Assembly (NCBI GenBank): GCA_020891255.1
Contig: BQFW01000007.1
Coordinates: 1,922,001 to 1,986,000, forward strand
Reading direction: 5' to 3'
Length of the DNA: 64,000 nucleotides
Source: Entomortierella parvispora E1425
Taxonomy: Eukaryota > Fungi > Mortierellomycota
Part shown: piece after piece, positions 11,290 through 24,527 of the stretch
Layout of the letters: every line of letters starts with the position of its first letter
How positions within the stretch are numbered: position 1 is the stretch's first letter
Notes under the pieces: generated by a model
Databases searched by the model: none
Told to the model about the DNA's origin: nothing
What the model saw: only the letters and a program-made list of their open reading frames with translations
Made by a program: the position numbers and the translations under genes

Positions 11290-13512
11290 ATGTCCCATCT
11301 GATCGACCCGTGCCTGCGCGCAACAAAGATTGCCCATGGGATTCGACGCGGCATTGACGGCATCTCGCCGTTGAGTGGCCTTGTTCCAGAGCTGCGCATC
11401 CTTATTCAGGAACAAAAGAACGTGCTCACCTCGCTCAAGAGGACCGCCTTTGAGAAAGAAGAAGGTAAGCAATCCACGTTTCTCCTTCTCTGTCTATTTC
11501 CGTCGCTCGAACTTCTCTCTCTAATCCCCTCTGCCTTTCTAATGAACCGAACAACCGTAAAAAATATTCATAGCTGCCAAGCATTTGGCCATCTATGGAA
11601 AAACCGAGGGGCCCGATATCGCCGATAGCCTGTCCAAACTTGCACTGCTTATCCAAAAGGCAGCTGATCTGGAACGGCTGTATGCTGACAGTCTTGCCCA
11701 GAGCCGAGAGCTCTTCAAGGAGATCCGGGTGGCTGAGGATGACAACTACTCGGTTCGGAAACGCAAATTAGACCTGGAACAACGACTCCAACTCGACAAG
11801 ACCCACTCCCACAGCAGCGTTGGCAAAGGGTCGTCTTCGAGGGCGTCGTCCTTCAACGGGTCTCTATCGGGAGAGGTGCATCCAGAGCTGAAGTTGATGC
11901 GACAGGAGACCATGGTGGTCGAGAACGAATTGGAGGACTTGAAAAGAAAAAAGATCAAGAAGGCGACGACTCAACAGCTGGATGCGCTCGAGAAGCTGGG
12001 CAAGGAACTGGTGGTCATTGCATACTATGGCAAGCGCATCGTGAACGGGATCGATGATTCGCCGACCCCAGCGGGAACCCATGCCGATGACCGCTATGCT
12101 GAATACGAAGGTACAGAAAAATCATATATGAAATGATGACGATACTTTTTCGCTGTTATCTGTTTGGATTAGTATGAACTATTACAGCAATGTTAACGCC
12201 AGATACATTACCTCACATAGGCGCAGCAAGGTCTGCGTACTCTGTCAAGGCCTGTCTCGACACCTTCCAGTCATGGTCCGAGTACGCGCCTATTGTTCAA
12301 GTCTCTGATATTGACCTAGGTGATTTTCCAAAGGATAACAAGCAGGCGATGGATGCCATGCTTAAGGACCTCGCTATCAAATCCGACTCTGATTGGTATT
12401 CTCTCCAGTCCCCAAGTTCGCCCTCGTCTTCTCCAGACACAAAACCTCTGCGCGATCGAACGAGCTCCATCTCCTCTTCCACAGGAACCATGTCACCCAG
12501 GACCAGCATGTCTTCCGTCATGACTACAACGACCTATGTTGATGGCAAACCCGTTGTTCAAGTTATTAACGAGATCCCACCAACGCCAGAACTGGAGGAT
12601 GGACCCCTTGAAATTGAAAGCCAGATTAAAGTGCCCGTTGACGAGGCTGGTACAAGAGCCTCTAGTCCTTCGACGCCTGGACCCCCCCTTTCGCCAACTT
12701 CAGAGTCTGCAGAAACCTCACGACCCACAACTCTGGATCCAGTATCGACTACTCCGACAAAAGTGAGTGAATCCTCTCCACTGTCGCCGCCATCTGCAGG
12801 AGCAAATGGAGGTGCGGCTCAGCCAAGCCCGTTTGTGCCACAGTCGACCTATACTCCAGCAACCACCTACCAGCAAAGTGAAGGGCATCGTGAACACAAA
12901 ACGTCGTCTCCTCCAGGACGGAACAGTCGACCAGTTTCGGGCGAATATTCATCGCGCCCGTTTCTGCCACACCCTTTGATGATGCAACGTCAACCATCCT
13001 ATCCTCCTCACCACCACCATCAAGCAGCACAACAACAACCATATCTACCAGGCAATGGAGGTTATCTGCCACCACAAATTCCGATGCCGATGCCGATGCC
13101 GATGCCCATGGCCATGGCTATGCCTGTTCCCATAATTCCAGACCTTGCTCCGGAGGTCGATCAAAGGCGCCACTCCCAGCCCATCACGGTGTCGTTCCCA
13201 GGTACTCCGCCCAACATCAACATCCTTTCCCCAACAGCACCGAGCTCCTCTTCCTCTTCGCTGTCTTCCTCATCGTCACTGCAACACCTGCGTCAACAAG
13301 CAAGAAATCCACAAGCGATCATCTCACCTCCTGAGCCGAACACTCTCGGCAACATCGGTAGTGGGTTTGAAACAGATACCCTGGCGTCTCATCCGTCGTC
13401 AGCTTCGATCCAAAGACGGTATGATGGTCCACCTCCAGACTATGCAGAGGCATCTATGAGTTTACCGGCAGAGTTGAGGGACAAAAAGCGAGACTTGAAA
13501 CAAAAACCATAG
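11290..13512 (+). CDS. Eisosome Pil1/Lsp1-like BAR-domain protein with a long Pro/Ser/Gln-rich tail (3 exons)
   Basis: Spliced reading ELRILIQEQKNVLTSLKRTAFEKEEAAKHLAIYGKTEGPDIADSLSKLALL...ALEKLGKELVVIAYYGKRIVNGIDDSP...YEG resembles the Pil1/Lsp1 pattern. GT-AG introns lie near 11464-11572 and 12111-12220. Confidence 0.75.
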
Positions 13513-13815
13513 TACTATACTTCAATAAATGTAATGTAATTTTCATAATCCACATCAGAGCTGGCGGGCTAAAAAAAAAAAGAGTAACAGACGCGACGCG
13601 TTGACGATGCGTGTTATGTTCACAACATCATAACAGAAAACACGCGAGGATGGTTGTTAGCCAACGAGAGAGTTGTGGAGGAAAAATGCTCGAACTTTTT
13701 TATTATTTGATACAGGGTGCAATATGAAGAAAAAAAAATGACAAAATAGTATTTTCTTTTTTTTTTTTTTTTTTGTACTTTTTTTTTTTTTTTTTTTCCT
13801 TTTCTAGAGTGCCTT

Positions 13816-15222
13816 CTATGCCATCACCATGTTGGAGTGAAGGCGAGGTGGTGACTTGAAGAGATCCGACAACTTGACAAAGCCAGCTTGGGCCATGAGG
13901 GAAGAAGAGTCATCGGAAAATGAAGAGCTGGAGGCAGAAACGGCTGCGGTCGAAAAGTCGACGGGGCTTGAAAAATCCATGTCATCGTCGTCCTCATCGG
14001 CCAATTTAGACCACGACTTGTCAGAGGCGGTCAACTGAGACCAGGTGGCGGTGGCGGGGACGTTACGGGAGGCGTGGTAAAAATCACCCTCCATATGGAA
14101 CATGGAGTCGGCGTCGCCATCGTGGCTTTGGACCTCGTCATCTGAGGACATGATCGAGGAAGAGGCGTTCGAGAGCTGGCGACTGTTGCTGGTCTGGCTC
14201 TCGCAGTCGGACATGGCCTCCTCGGCGTCCCTGCGGACGATCGCGTCCAGACCACGGATCAACTCCAAGGCCTCGGCACAATCGGCGCGTTGGCTGGGGT
14301 CCACACAAAGAACGCGATGCAAGAAATGCAAGGCGGGCGCGGTCAACTCGGGGAACATGCCATCGAGCACGCGGGGATCATGCGCATAGGCCTCAAAAGT
14401 CGCATCACTGTCCAGTCGCGAGACCTTCCAGGGGTTGCGGCCAAAGCGCAAGTTCAAAAAGATGATGCCCAAAGCCCACACGTCCGACTTTGCAGGAACG
14501 TAAGGACGACGGGAGCGCTGACCAGGCAACACCTGGGGCTGTTGCTCGGGTGCCATGTAAAAGGAACTACCGCATCCGAAATCGGACGAGATGCGGTCTT
14601 TGGTGGCCAGACCAAAATCGGCCAACTTGAGGGTACCGTCGCCGGCCATCAAGATGTTCTCGGGCTTGAGATCGCGGTGAAAGACTTGGTGGGCGTGCGA
14701 GTGGGCCAAAGCAGAGATGATCTGGACCATGGCTTGGAGGACGGAACGATCCGAGTGCACGTCGAGGGACTGGCTGCCAGGCATGGAGACAAAGCCCATA
14801 CCAGAATCGTTGGCGGCGGCGTGCTGGGACGTGATGGCATCAAAGAGATCGCCACCAGAGCAGTACTCCATGACGAGGTAGAGCGAATCCTTGGTCTCGA
14901 TGACCGAGGACATATCGACAATGTTGGGGTGCTGACCGTTCTTGGGCGACGAGAGCGACAGGTGGATATCAATCTCTTGGGACTGGATCAGCAATTGGGT
15001 CTTGGAGAGACCGTTCTTGGACAGACACTTGATCGCCCTGTACTCGGTCGAGGAGGACACGGTCGAACGGACCTTGGCGAGGTAGATGCAGCCGTAGGTA
15101 CCGTAACCGAGGACCTCGAGAATCTCGTACGAGATCTCACTCTTGGCACCGTCCTGGAGGACCATGCCAATCTTTTCCAAAGCACCGGAACCGGTGCTGG
15201 ACTCGACAGAAAATGAAGACAT
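13816..15222 (-). CDS. Ran1/Pat1/Sks1-like Ser/Thr protein kinase, single exon
   Basis: GYGTYG, RAIKCL, HPNIV, MEYCSGGDLF, HRDLKPENIL, ADFGLAT and DFGCGSSFYMAPE are typical of the Ran1 subfamily. First ATG is at 15222; the ORF-track start at 15312 is a GTG. Confidence 0.88.
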   Translation of the reverse strand: MSSFSVESSTGSGALEKIGMVLQDGAKSEISYEILEVLGYGTYGCIYLAKVRSTVSSSTEYRAIKCLSKNGLSKTQLLIQSQEIDIHLSLSSPKNGQHPNIVDMSSVIETKDSLYLVMEYCSGGDLFDAITSQHAAANDSGMGFVSMPGSQSLDVHSDRSVLQAMVQIISALAHSHAHQVFHRDLKPENILMAGDGTLKLADFGLATKDRISSDFGCGSSFYMAPEQQPQVLPGQRSRRPYVPAKSDVWALGIIFLNLRFGRNPWKVSRLDSDATFEAYAHDPRVLDGMFPELTAPALHFLHRVLCVDPSQRADCAEALELIRGLDAIVRRDAEEAMSDCESQTSNSRQLSNASSSIMSSDDEVQSHDGDADSMFHMEGDFYHASRNVPATATWSQLTASDKSWSKLADEDDDDMDFSSPVDFSTAAVSASSSSFSDDSSSLMAQAGFVKLSDLFKSPPRLHSNMVMA

Positions 15223-16319
15223 TTTTTTTGGGATATGGGGTTGGCTTGGTAGGGCGGGATGGGTGTGGGTTGGTATTCTTGTATTAAAAGGAAAGGGTGA
15301 AAGACAGAACACTGAAAAAGGTATCGACTGAAGGAAAGATGAAAGGCAGGGGTATGGACGGGATGGGATTAGCCAGCAAAGGGACTAAAAGACGAGGTCG
15401 AGGACGAGAGAGAGGTTGTAGTCCGGGTGGAGGCGGTGGTGCGGTAGCGAAGAGTGCTGGCAGAGGAAGGTTTGACTGGAGGGTTGATCATGGTGGGTTA
15501 TCAGGGTATGTGTGGGTGGGTGCTAGGAGAAAACAAGGTGCAAATGCATGCAGGTCAAGCAAAGGTGGGGTGGATATACGAGGTGGGGGTGCAGAGAGTC
15601 CAGGAAAGGACGGGGGTGCTTAGTGAGAGGTAACCATCTTGGTGGAACAACAATTGAAGGCAGATAGGGTATAGGTGAAAAGGAAAAGGAAAAGAAAAGA
15701 CGGAAAAGAAACAACGAGTGAAGGTGAAGACAGAAAGAAAGAAAGAGAAAGAAAGAAAGAGAAAGAAAGAAAACGAACAAGAAAGAAGATGAAGAAGAAT
15801 GGAAAGTGATGAGGAAAGAGGACAAGAGAGAGACGAGGCAAGTGAGGGTTTTATTCAAGGAAAGAAAGGGAAGAAACGGCAGGCGGCAGAATGACGAAGC
15901 GGACAAGTCAGAAACGACATGAGGACAGAAGAGGCAACTGGCCCGTGATTGGTCAGAGCGTTCTTTTTTTAATCTTGGCCGTATCTGTGCTGGCTGTCTG
16001 GTCTGACTGACTGTCTGACTACAACAGTCTGTCGGGTTCCAATCACACCACGGGGGCACCCCACGAACAAAAACAGGCGTGGCTGACGTGCTGGGTCCAG
16101 TCGAGGTGGGCCACAGCACACAATGCAAATCACCTCGAATCAGAGCACACTCGAGAAAGCCAAAGAAGACTCTGGAACAATGCCACCATCAGCCGTTGGT
16201 CGGATATCATTTGTTTTTTGAATGAGGCAATATTTTTTATCATTTTATGTAGGCATTACTACTTTATTCCAGATTCTGGTTCCAAGGAGAGTCTGTCTGT
16301 CTCCCTCTTTCTTGTCCCG

Positions 16320-16520
16320 TCTGTGTCTGTCTGTCAGTCTGTCTGTCTGTCTGTCGTCACTGACAAGGGTGAAAAAGGGGCCGAATATCCACTTGATCCC
16401 TGACCCACAGCCAACACATTCCAAACCATTGTTCCATCCAACGGTTCTCCTTCTGTTTGTTTGGCCTTTCCTGTCCCGCAAGTGTGTGTGTGTGTGTGTG
16501 TGTCCGTGTGCGTTGTGTTG
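16320..16520. repeat. Microsatellite cluster: (GTCT)n, (GT)n and (CT)n upstream of the kinase
   Basis: gtctgtctgtcagtctgtctgtctgtctgtc at ~16325-16355; gtgtgtgtgtgtgtgtgtgtgt at ~16482-16503. Confidence 0.85.
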
Positions 16521-18726
16521 TGTGTGTTTCTCTCTCTCTCTCGTCAGACTTGACCCTACCCAACCTGATCTCCTGCGAGCCTATTCATGCTTTTGTTGTC
16601 ATCACGCGTGCCTCTTTCTTCTCCCATGTACACCACACGTACGTACCTTTCATTAAAGTCATAGGGGTCAAAAAGCCCTATTGGAAGGAACATCAGAGAA
16701 CAAACTTCAAAAACGACGTGCCAAGAAAACAAACCGTTCACGAATACTGGACAAGAAATGGTGTGTTGTCGTAGATGGATGTAGTCAACATAGGACGGGG
16801 TGTGGTCGGGGACTTTAGGACCGGGAACTGCTGTCTGCCTAGCACATGCTCCCTTGTGCGCATGTAGAGCCGTATTTATGATCACTCCTCTTGCCCATTA
16901 TCTTGTTCACTCATGTGCTTAAAAGCTTGCCAGGCATGCGTCAGACCACTCTGAGATATCTCCGGATCAAGATGAAAAATAAAGATGTAGCCATCCTCAT
17001 CTATCCTACGTGGAGCAACCTGAAGCTGTAGGCCGCTAGAATAGTCACCTGACTGAATGACTGGCTGACTGACTGACGAGACTCTCTCCTAGCTTTTTCA
17101 CCCAATCCTTTTTTTTTCTTTTTTTGTAATGGATGCAGTCACTGACTTCCCTCGGCACCAAGCAAAAAAAAATATCCTGGCGTACGGCAGACGGATGAAT
17201 CAAATGAGGAAAGCAAAACCACGGATGCAGAGAAACCTTTTTTTTCCCTTCGCCTTAGCGTCCCGCGTGAGCGAGAAACTGAACTTTTTTACGGTCGACT
17301 TGACAAAAACAAAAGCGCGGACGAGAAAACCTTATAGCCCGCTTTCGATTGGCTTGGTCATGCACACTTCAGAGATCTTGACCTGATTAAAGCCAGGCTC
17401 ACAGGCCCAACAGAAAGTGGGGTCAGACTAGTCCCTGAAGGACGAAAAGCAAACGCCAGAAAGGAAGATGGGGTGAGGCGATACGGTTGACGGTACGTGT
17501 ATCACGCTCTGTGTATCGATTAGACCGTCTCTGGTCAAGGGAACAATGGGTACCAACTGCAAAGTAAGAGGCCACATGAGGCCAATGAAGAGACAGAAAG
17601 AGGACTAAAGGAAGCGCTGCAGGAAACTGGCTGTTACACAATTGACAATGCAGGCAGATATATCACCAGAGAGGGGCGACCTGGGATCAGGCGAGCAGAA
17701 ATGGCTTCCTCAATGTCAATTGGTTGATCGCGTCCATTGGCGTGCATACAATCTCGCGGGATACAACGGTGGGGTACCTTCTAGGCAAGAGACAGATCTC
17801 CTATCTCAGTGAGACCATCAAAAGTAAAAAGTAGACGCGAATGCTCGCTCCTGCCACTGCTGAACACTCGTCGTTCGCAATTCTCGCAGAAAAAGCATTT
17901 GGACTCTGCTATTGCAGTATACCCTCGGCTCTACTAATTATTGTGCATCAGCCTCCCCGAGATTATTGTCATAGAAGTGTGGAACGAGACCCTTGGTTTC
18001 GTTGAGTCGAATTCTCGGGATGTGCTACGGAACCATCGTTATCTACCATCTTGCATCAACAATCAACATCAACGTTATTGCCACAGAAAACAATAGACCG
18101 AGGCCGTCAGCAGCGGGTCGACACCTGGGTAAGGCTTCAGCAAAACAAACAGCATGCACAACAATCAACCTTCAATAACCCCACCACTATAACAATTAAA
18201 TTACCAAGGGGACCAAACGCCAGAATGGTTGAAAGGACAATGAAGGGGGAATAAAACATGGCCACAGATCCAATAATCTTGATCATAATCGGCAGACAGG
18301 AACCAACTCTATTTGCCCCGTCCATGCTGCACAATGGACCCTTTTGGCCCTGCTGAGGTGAATGCTCTCATCCACCATGGACACTCTGCATCCATTTCCG
18401 TGGACAAGTTACATTTACTTTCAACTCTTCAATAACTGTTCCCCACGGCCTGCGCGAGCTCTTGTTCACATTGTGCTCCTGACCTACAAGGCGCACTACC
18501 GCCCCTGTTCTGATACCTATTGCTTGGCCCGACTGGCTCTGTAATCGGCGTAATCTCTACATTGCTCTTTGAGTTTTGTTGCCATCCCTGTTGCCAATCC
18601 CTTGCTCCTTTGTGTATCGATCAATGACTTCAGTTCACCATGTCTACAATGGAGTGAGGCAACTGTGGTGGCGAGTATTGACTTGCGGTGGCCGTTTTTG
18701 CGATCCAGACAATTCACTTTGTCCCA

Positions 18727-18733
18727 TATAAAA
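18727..18733 (+). promoter_or_regulatory. Candidate TATA box of the chitinase gene
   Basis: TATAAAA ~140 nt upstream of the ATG, followed by a CT-rich leader; function inferred. Confidence 0.5.
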
Positions 18734-18869
18734 ACCCCCTTGTTCAAGTCCCCTTTTCTCTCTCGTTCTCTCCTTTTCACTGACACTCACTCCTCTTCCA
18801 CTCCACGTTCCAAGATCAACTCGTCAGCTTCATTTCACCTCAGCCTTTTTCAAAAAAAAAAAAGTTACG

Positions 18870-21096
18870 ATGCGTATCACAACCACTTTGGTTACCATTG
18901 CCTCCGCATTGGTCCTCGCCTGTACCTTAGCTGCCCAAGCTGCAGACACCCCCATCGTTGCAGGCTATCTTCTCATTAACCCTACGGATGGTCCCTCCAA
19001 GCTCAAGGCCTTGGCCGACAATGCCGCGACCATCCCCGTGAACCGAGTCTTCTTGTCATTCGCCCGCCCTGGTCTGGTTTACGTCCCTGGCTCAAACACC
19101 CTGGAGCACGTTGGACTGAACTACGCCACCTCTGGCGATTTTGGCTTTGCGGACCTGAAGTCGCGTGTCACTGCCCTCCAGGCCGGTGGTGTCGAAGTCT
19201 TCCTGTCGGTCGGAGGATGGAACTATGGATGCTTCCCTTACCTCTACACTTACTACTCTGTCGGTGGCTACGGAACGACCACACCCAACTACTACAAGAT
19301 TCAAGAAAATGGCGGATCGCTCTCTGCCTGCACAGAAGCCAACATGTGGTGCTACACCTGCGAACCCCAAGACCAGAACACGACCTTGGCTGACTTTGAC
19401 ATCTTCCCCGAGCCATCCAACTCGACGACCTGGCAATCGGCCCAACAGTACATTGTTTCCAAGGCTGGAGGTGACACTCCCGTTTTCCACCCTCAGATGG
19501 TTCCTGGTAAGTACAAGTGATGGATTTCTGGCAGAATTGCGCTGCTACCCCTGCCCCCTTGGTTCAGATCAAGTTTTTTCTCTGCTTTTTTTTTTCTAAG
19601 CGATTTTTGTCTTTTCGTCATTCCCAACCATTCCTTCATCCACATTAGGGCACTCCTGGACGGATCCGGTCAACAAGATGACCCAAACTGTTCCTGGAAA
19701 CGACTACTTTGTCCAGCAGAAGCGTGACCCCTACCAAGATCTTGTCTATCTGGCCAAGGACCTTGGTCTTGCTGGTGTTGATATTGGTAACTGGGAAAAT
19801 TGCATGATAGTTTGAATGCAAATGAATGTCAAAAATGCAAAATTAATGGCCGAGGGTGTCGAGGGTGTCCGAGCGCGCGTCCATCCCACACAAAAAGTCC
19901 TAATTGGAATATATCTTTTTTTATTTGCTTTCCGTGCAGATTACGAGGAGATGTGGCATGCCGATTACTACAAGAACGGTACCTCGACTGGACCTTGGAC
20001 TTCCCATCAGACCGTGTACAAGTACGCGACTATCATGCGAGATGTCCAGCTCAACATCCAGTCCATCATGCCCACCTTGAAGCTCGCCACCGCTGCCTCG
20101 GCCGCTGGTGGTCTCTCAACCAGCTGGTGGGGAGGTAACCTCAAGAACATTTGGTACAATGTCTTCAAGTGGTACCCTGATGTGTACAACTTCATTGCCA
20201 CCGGTACCAACGGAGGTGGCGTCAACATCATGACCTACGATCTCTCCGATAACGAGCAGTATTACGAGTGCCCAGATGCCAACACCTGCACCCTCAGCGA
20301 ACAGGTCAACTACTACATGAACTCGTATGCAGCCAACAACATGATTGCACATGTTGGATATGAGATTGGTATTCCCGCCTATCCTGCCTCAGACCATGAC
20401 CCCACCCATCAATTGCCTCTGGTCCAATCTGAGCTCGCAAGCATTTTGGCAGTCCAGGGTGCCAAGGGCGGATTCTTCTGGGAGCTTTACAAGCCCGCTG
20501 GTGCCGCCACCAACCTTGATGTCACCACGGCGGCTCGTCAGATCTGCGCGGCTGCTCTTGGAGCGTCCACCCCTCGCTGCTCAGGCTCCATCCCTGCCCC
20601 TGGCGGCAGTGTTGCGACCCCCTCGGCCTCGTCTCCCGCAACCGTCACCGTCACCAAGACTGTCACCGTCCCAGCCGCGACGACCACGAACGCGCCTCAA
20701 CCTACCACCACCCAAGCACCTGGCTGCTCCGCTGCTGCCTGGACTGCTACTGGCACTTACACTGCCGGCGCTCAGGTCTCGTACAATGGCCACCTTTACA
20801 CTGCCCAGTGGTGGTCTCAGAACAACATCCCTACTGCTGGTGCTCCTTGGACCGACAACGGTGCTTGCATTGGCAATGGAGCGACCGTTTCGCCTGCATC
20901 TGGTGACTGCGGAGGTGTTGCTGCTTACTCTAGCACGACCGCATACAGCAGTGGTGCCAAGGTAACCTATGGTGGTTTCACCTACGCCGCCCAGTGGTGG
21001 ACTCAGGGTGATGTCCCTGGCTCCACCACTGGCTCTGTCTGGACCAAGGGCGCTGCCTGCGGTAGCCAACTTCGTCGTCGCCTTTACAATATTTAA
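18870..21096 (+). CDS. Secreted GH18 chitinase with Thr-rich linker and two C-terminal CBM5/12 (ChtBD3)-type domains
   Basis: Signal peptide MRITTTLVTIASALVLACTLAAQA. Exons 18870..19506, 19649..19786 and 19940..21096 give VFLSVGGW and an intact catalytic GVDIDYEE (DxDxE, split by intron 2). Two repeats, AWTATGTYTAGAQVSYNGHLYTAQWW and AYSSTTAYSSGAKVTYGGFTYAAQWW, match the CBM5/12 pattern. Confidence 0.9.
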
Positions 21097-21303
21097 AGGA
21101 TATGGACCGAGCAGAACCAAAACAAAAAAAGGTACCCAAACGTGTCTCAGCTGTGCTGGACAGCTGGAGATCCAAAAAAACAAAGAGGTTGAACCTCTTG
21201 ATTCCCCCCCCCCCCATCGTCGTCCCCTTCCCCTTTTTCATAGAAGAATAAAACATGTTTGGTTGTTGCCCCTCCATTCATCTCTTTTTATGTTCTATCT
21301 TGT

Positions 21304-23352
21304 TTAAGAAAGTCTAGCTTGATGTTCTGGGTAAAGAGCACGAAGGGCTTTCTCTAACCAGGCTACATACTCTGTCCCGGACTCGATGGACGGAGTAGCT
21401 TTGCCCACCATAACTTCTAAACTTGGGATCAACAAATGATCAGGCAAAGAGGACAAGAACCTTCGCTTCTGGGCCGGCTGCATCGTCGCCGTTGCTACCC
21501 CGACTGCCTGCACTGCTTCCACAGTTTGAACCAAGGTCGAGATGGGCTGGATGGAAGGGACCTCTCCGCGAGCGTCAGTGTCGTCCGCCAAAAATCTCTT
21601 TGTCATGCCCGCAAAGCTGTAATCGATCTTGAGGAAGGAAGGAATATCATTTTGAGTGTACGCAACTGTGGTACCGTATCCGACTCCAGGGGCATTCCCA
21701 ATATAGACCAAGATGCTAGACGTCATGGTCAAATTGACAGTAGCACCAGTCAGGAGCCCCAGATTCTTGGGTAGGAACTGCGTTACCAGAAACAGAGCAA
21801 ACTCGTAACCCTGTGGAAATTGCAGCGCCAGTTGGGGTGAGACGACGGCTGCACCTGTGTTGATGGCAAAGGGGATATGAGCATGGTCAACCCCTCCAAA
21901 ATAATTGCCCTCCCAATACGCCGAAGCCGTCATTGTGTCAATCCAGAGAACGGTTGCTAGCGGGTTCGCGATTGTGACCGTGAAAGGGATGGCACGCGGT
22001 CCCAAGATATTCCCGAGGCTGGGGTTTCCGTTGCCGTTCGTGATTAATCGGGGCCGTGGAGTCATCCCGGGAATGGTGGTGTTCATGGTCAAGGTCTCCA
22101 GGGTTGGGATCATGGATGCCACCTGGCTGGTTTGCGCGTCACCATAGATGGAGCTTTGGATATCCCCCTCTGCCATGAACTTCGATATGAACGCGTCTCT
22201 AAAGGTCGGGTCCTTGGGTGAAAGTCTGATCGAGGCCGGGATTGTATTCAGACCTGGCTTCAGGATCAGGTCCGTCACGGTCACAGATCCCACATAGCCA
22301 TATGTCCCATTGACAGTGCTGTCGACCTGAAGAACAATATAACCCATGTTGACGGAAAAGATGGAGGGGTTCTGCAGCCCTATATTGGCCGTGATGATAA
22401 TCGCCTCCGTAGTCCCGTTAGTGACGAGGATGTCTGTCACAGTCGGCTTTGCGTTGGAGAAATTGATTCCCTGCAGGGGCAATGTCGCTTGGAGAGGAAC
22501 CATCAAATGGACGGTTCCCAGAGATGTGACAGCGACGCCCTGAACAGATCCCGTCACGTTCACGGTTGCGGAAGTCTGCTGGGTGACAGAGGTCATGAAA
22601 TCCGTAAAGGCCAGTTGGTTGTAGATATTCATGGGCGAGACTGGCACGGTAAAGACGACCTTATTATTGCTCATATCAGAGGCCGTTGTGTTCCACACCG
22701 CAGTCGAGATCTGGCTAAAATCGTTGCCCTGGTAGGCCAGCTTGAAGGTGGCGTTGGCCAGTTCTGTGATGTTGATCGAGATGTTGAAAGGGATCTTGAA
22801 GTCGGCAGAGACCGAATTGGAGTTGACCGTGGGTTGCCAGGGGTTATCCACGCTGAAACCCAGGTCCATGTCATTAATTTTGATGTTTTTGACCACTTCC
22901 ATGGGCTGGACGGGCTTCAATGGGACCGTCAAGGTGGTGGCAACAATAGCATTCGTGAGCCATGATACAGCATTCACACCGTCTGGCAGGACCGAAACTC
23001 CTTTTCCTGAAGCCAGCGTTGGAATGTTGGCCAGATAGTTGGAGATGAGCTCAGACAACTCTGCAACATGAACTGGATCGGTCTGCTTGAGCAATTGACC
23101 CTCGAGATTAAGCAGCATGGGCTGGCCTCCAACCAGAACCACATCCTTGGCAAAAACGCGGCCGAGGTATGCCGTCTTGTAAGACATGTCGAAGGTGATG
23201 GTACCAAGCGTCATACCGATCGGTGAAGGGTTGGGGATGGAAGCACTGATCGTCACCAAGGCGCCATTGCCATCCGGTGCATCCGCTGGGAGGTCAAAGC
23301 CAAGAATCTGCACGTTTGCAAAGTTATTCAGACCTGTCCCAAGTGAGTGTTG

Positions 23353-23386
<34 letters not shown>

Positions 23387-24527
23387 GTTAGATACGGGAC
23401 TCGGCTCGTGAATGAACATAACAGAATTAGAGTCTGTACCATGCATGACCAGGTTCTTGTTGATGGATAGATTCTTGATAGTCTGACCCAGCGCCTTGAT
23501 GGTCGCTTTACTGTTCAATGTCCAGGTGAAACCATCGGCCGACAACTATCGTTTTTTAAGGACAAATTGATTAGCGTCGCCCTTGCATGCGCGCTTTCAT
23601 TTTTTTTCCTCCGGCCCTTGTAGACAATAGGTCCCCCATCAGAGGATGGTCTTTACCCATCCATACGGATAGAATCACGATGTCCCCAGTCGAGGATAAT
23701 TGGGTCATTCATGCATAGACGGCAGCAATCGGAGTCATTTTTTGAGTGGGGTTGGCTAGAAACCCCTCCGAGGACGTTAATAGGATTTTGTGGGGCAATT
23801 CGCTCCTTTAGGCAGGCTCGATGTGGAGAAAGAACTCTGTCGATCACGACCCCTCCACAGATGCATGAATGGCCCGCCCCACACCCCCTGTTCACCCTCT
23901 CCTCCACTCAACTGTATCTATCAAGGCCTAACCTACCATGACTTTGGCAAAGTCTCCAAAGGCGGTCGTATTCTTGATCTGGAACTGGGTCGTTTGCACG
24001 ATATCACCCTTTCCCTTTGAGACCTTGACTTCTCCCAGGGTCATGGATCCAATCAATTCGTTCTCCCAAGAGATATCGACTTCTTGCGTAAATTCCAACG
24101 AGGCCGAAAGCAAACTTGGGATCCCTCCCACCGTCGCTAGCACGGAAACTGCCATGGCCATCTCACCCGGCTGGGTCATGTTCAATTGGACCACAGACAT
24201 GGAGGCGTTGTTCATCATCAATTGCGCCACTTTGGGGATAATGACCACGATCAGGAGCGGGATAAAAATGGCCAAAAAGATCACCGTGCCAACTCCACAG
24301 CCGATGAGGACTTTCTTCTGGCGCCAGATAGGTTTTCGATAGGGCTTGTGGTTCGAAAGATAGGCGTACTCCTCAAAAACAAACTCATCATCAGGAGGGT
24401 TGCCCGTTGCATCTTGGTATTCAATTTCCTTTTCGTTATACGGTAGGTCTTGACTGTACTGTGAGGAGGTGGAGGAAGGGGAGGGGGAGGGGGCGAGTTT
24501 TTCGCGCAGAGGGTCGGGACGTGGCAT
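21304..24527 (-). CDS. DUF3712/Tag1-like type II membrane protein, copy A (3 exons)
   Basis: Cytosolic N-terminus, basic stretch and one TM (KPIWRQKKVLIGCGVGTVIFLAIFIPLLIVVIIPKVAQ), then repeated beta-rich LEA_2-like units (ISASIPNPSPIGMTLGTITF; LQNPSIFSVNMGYIVL; IANPLATVLWI) with many NxS/T sequons. Confidence 0.8.

Noticed and set aside
14290-15216. 308-aa antisense ORF over the kinase
   Set aside because: Shadow of the strongly C/G-ending codon use in the kinase CDS; no motifs or independent signals.
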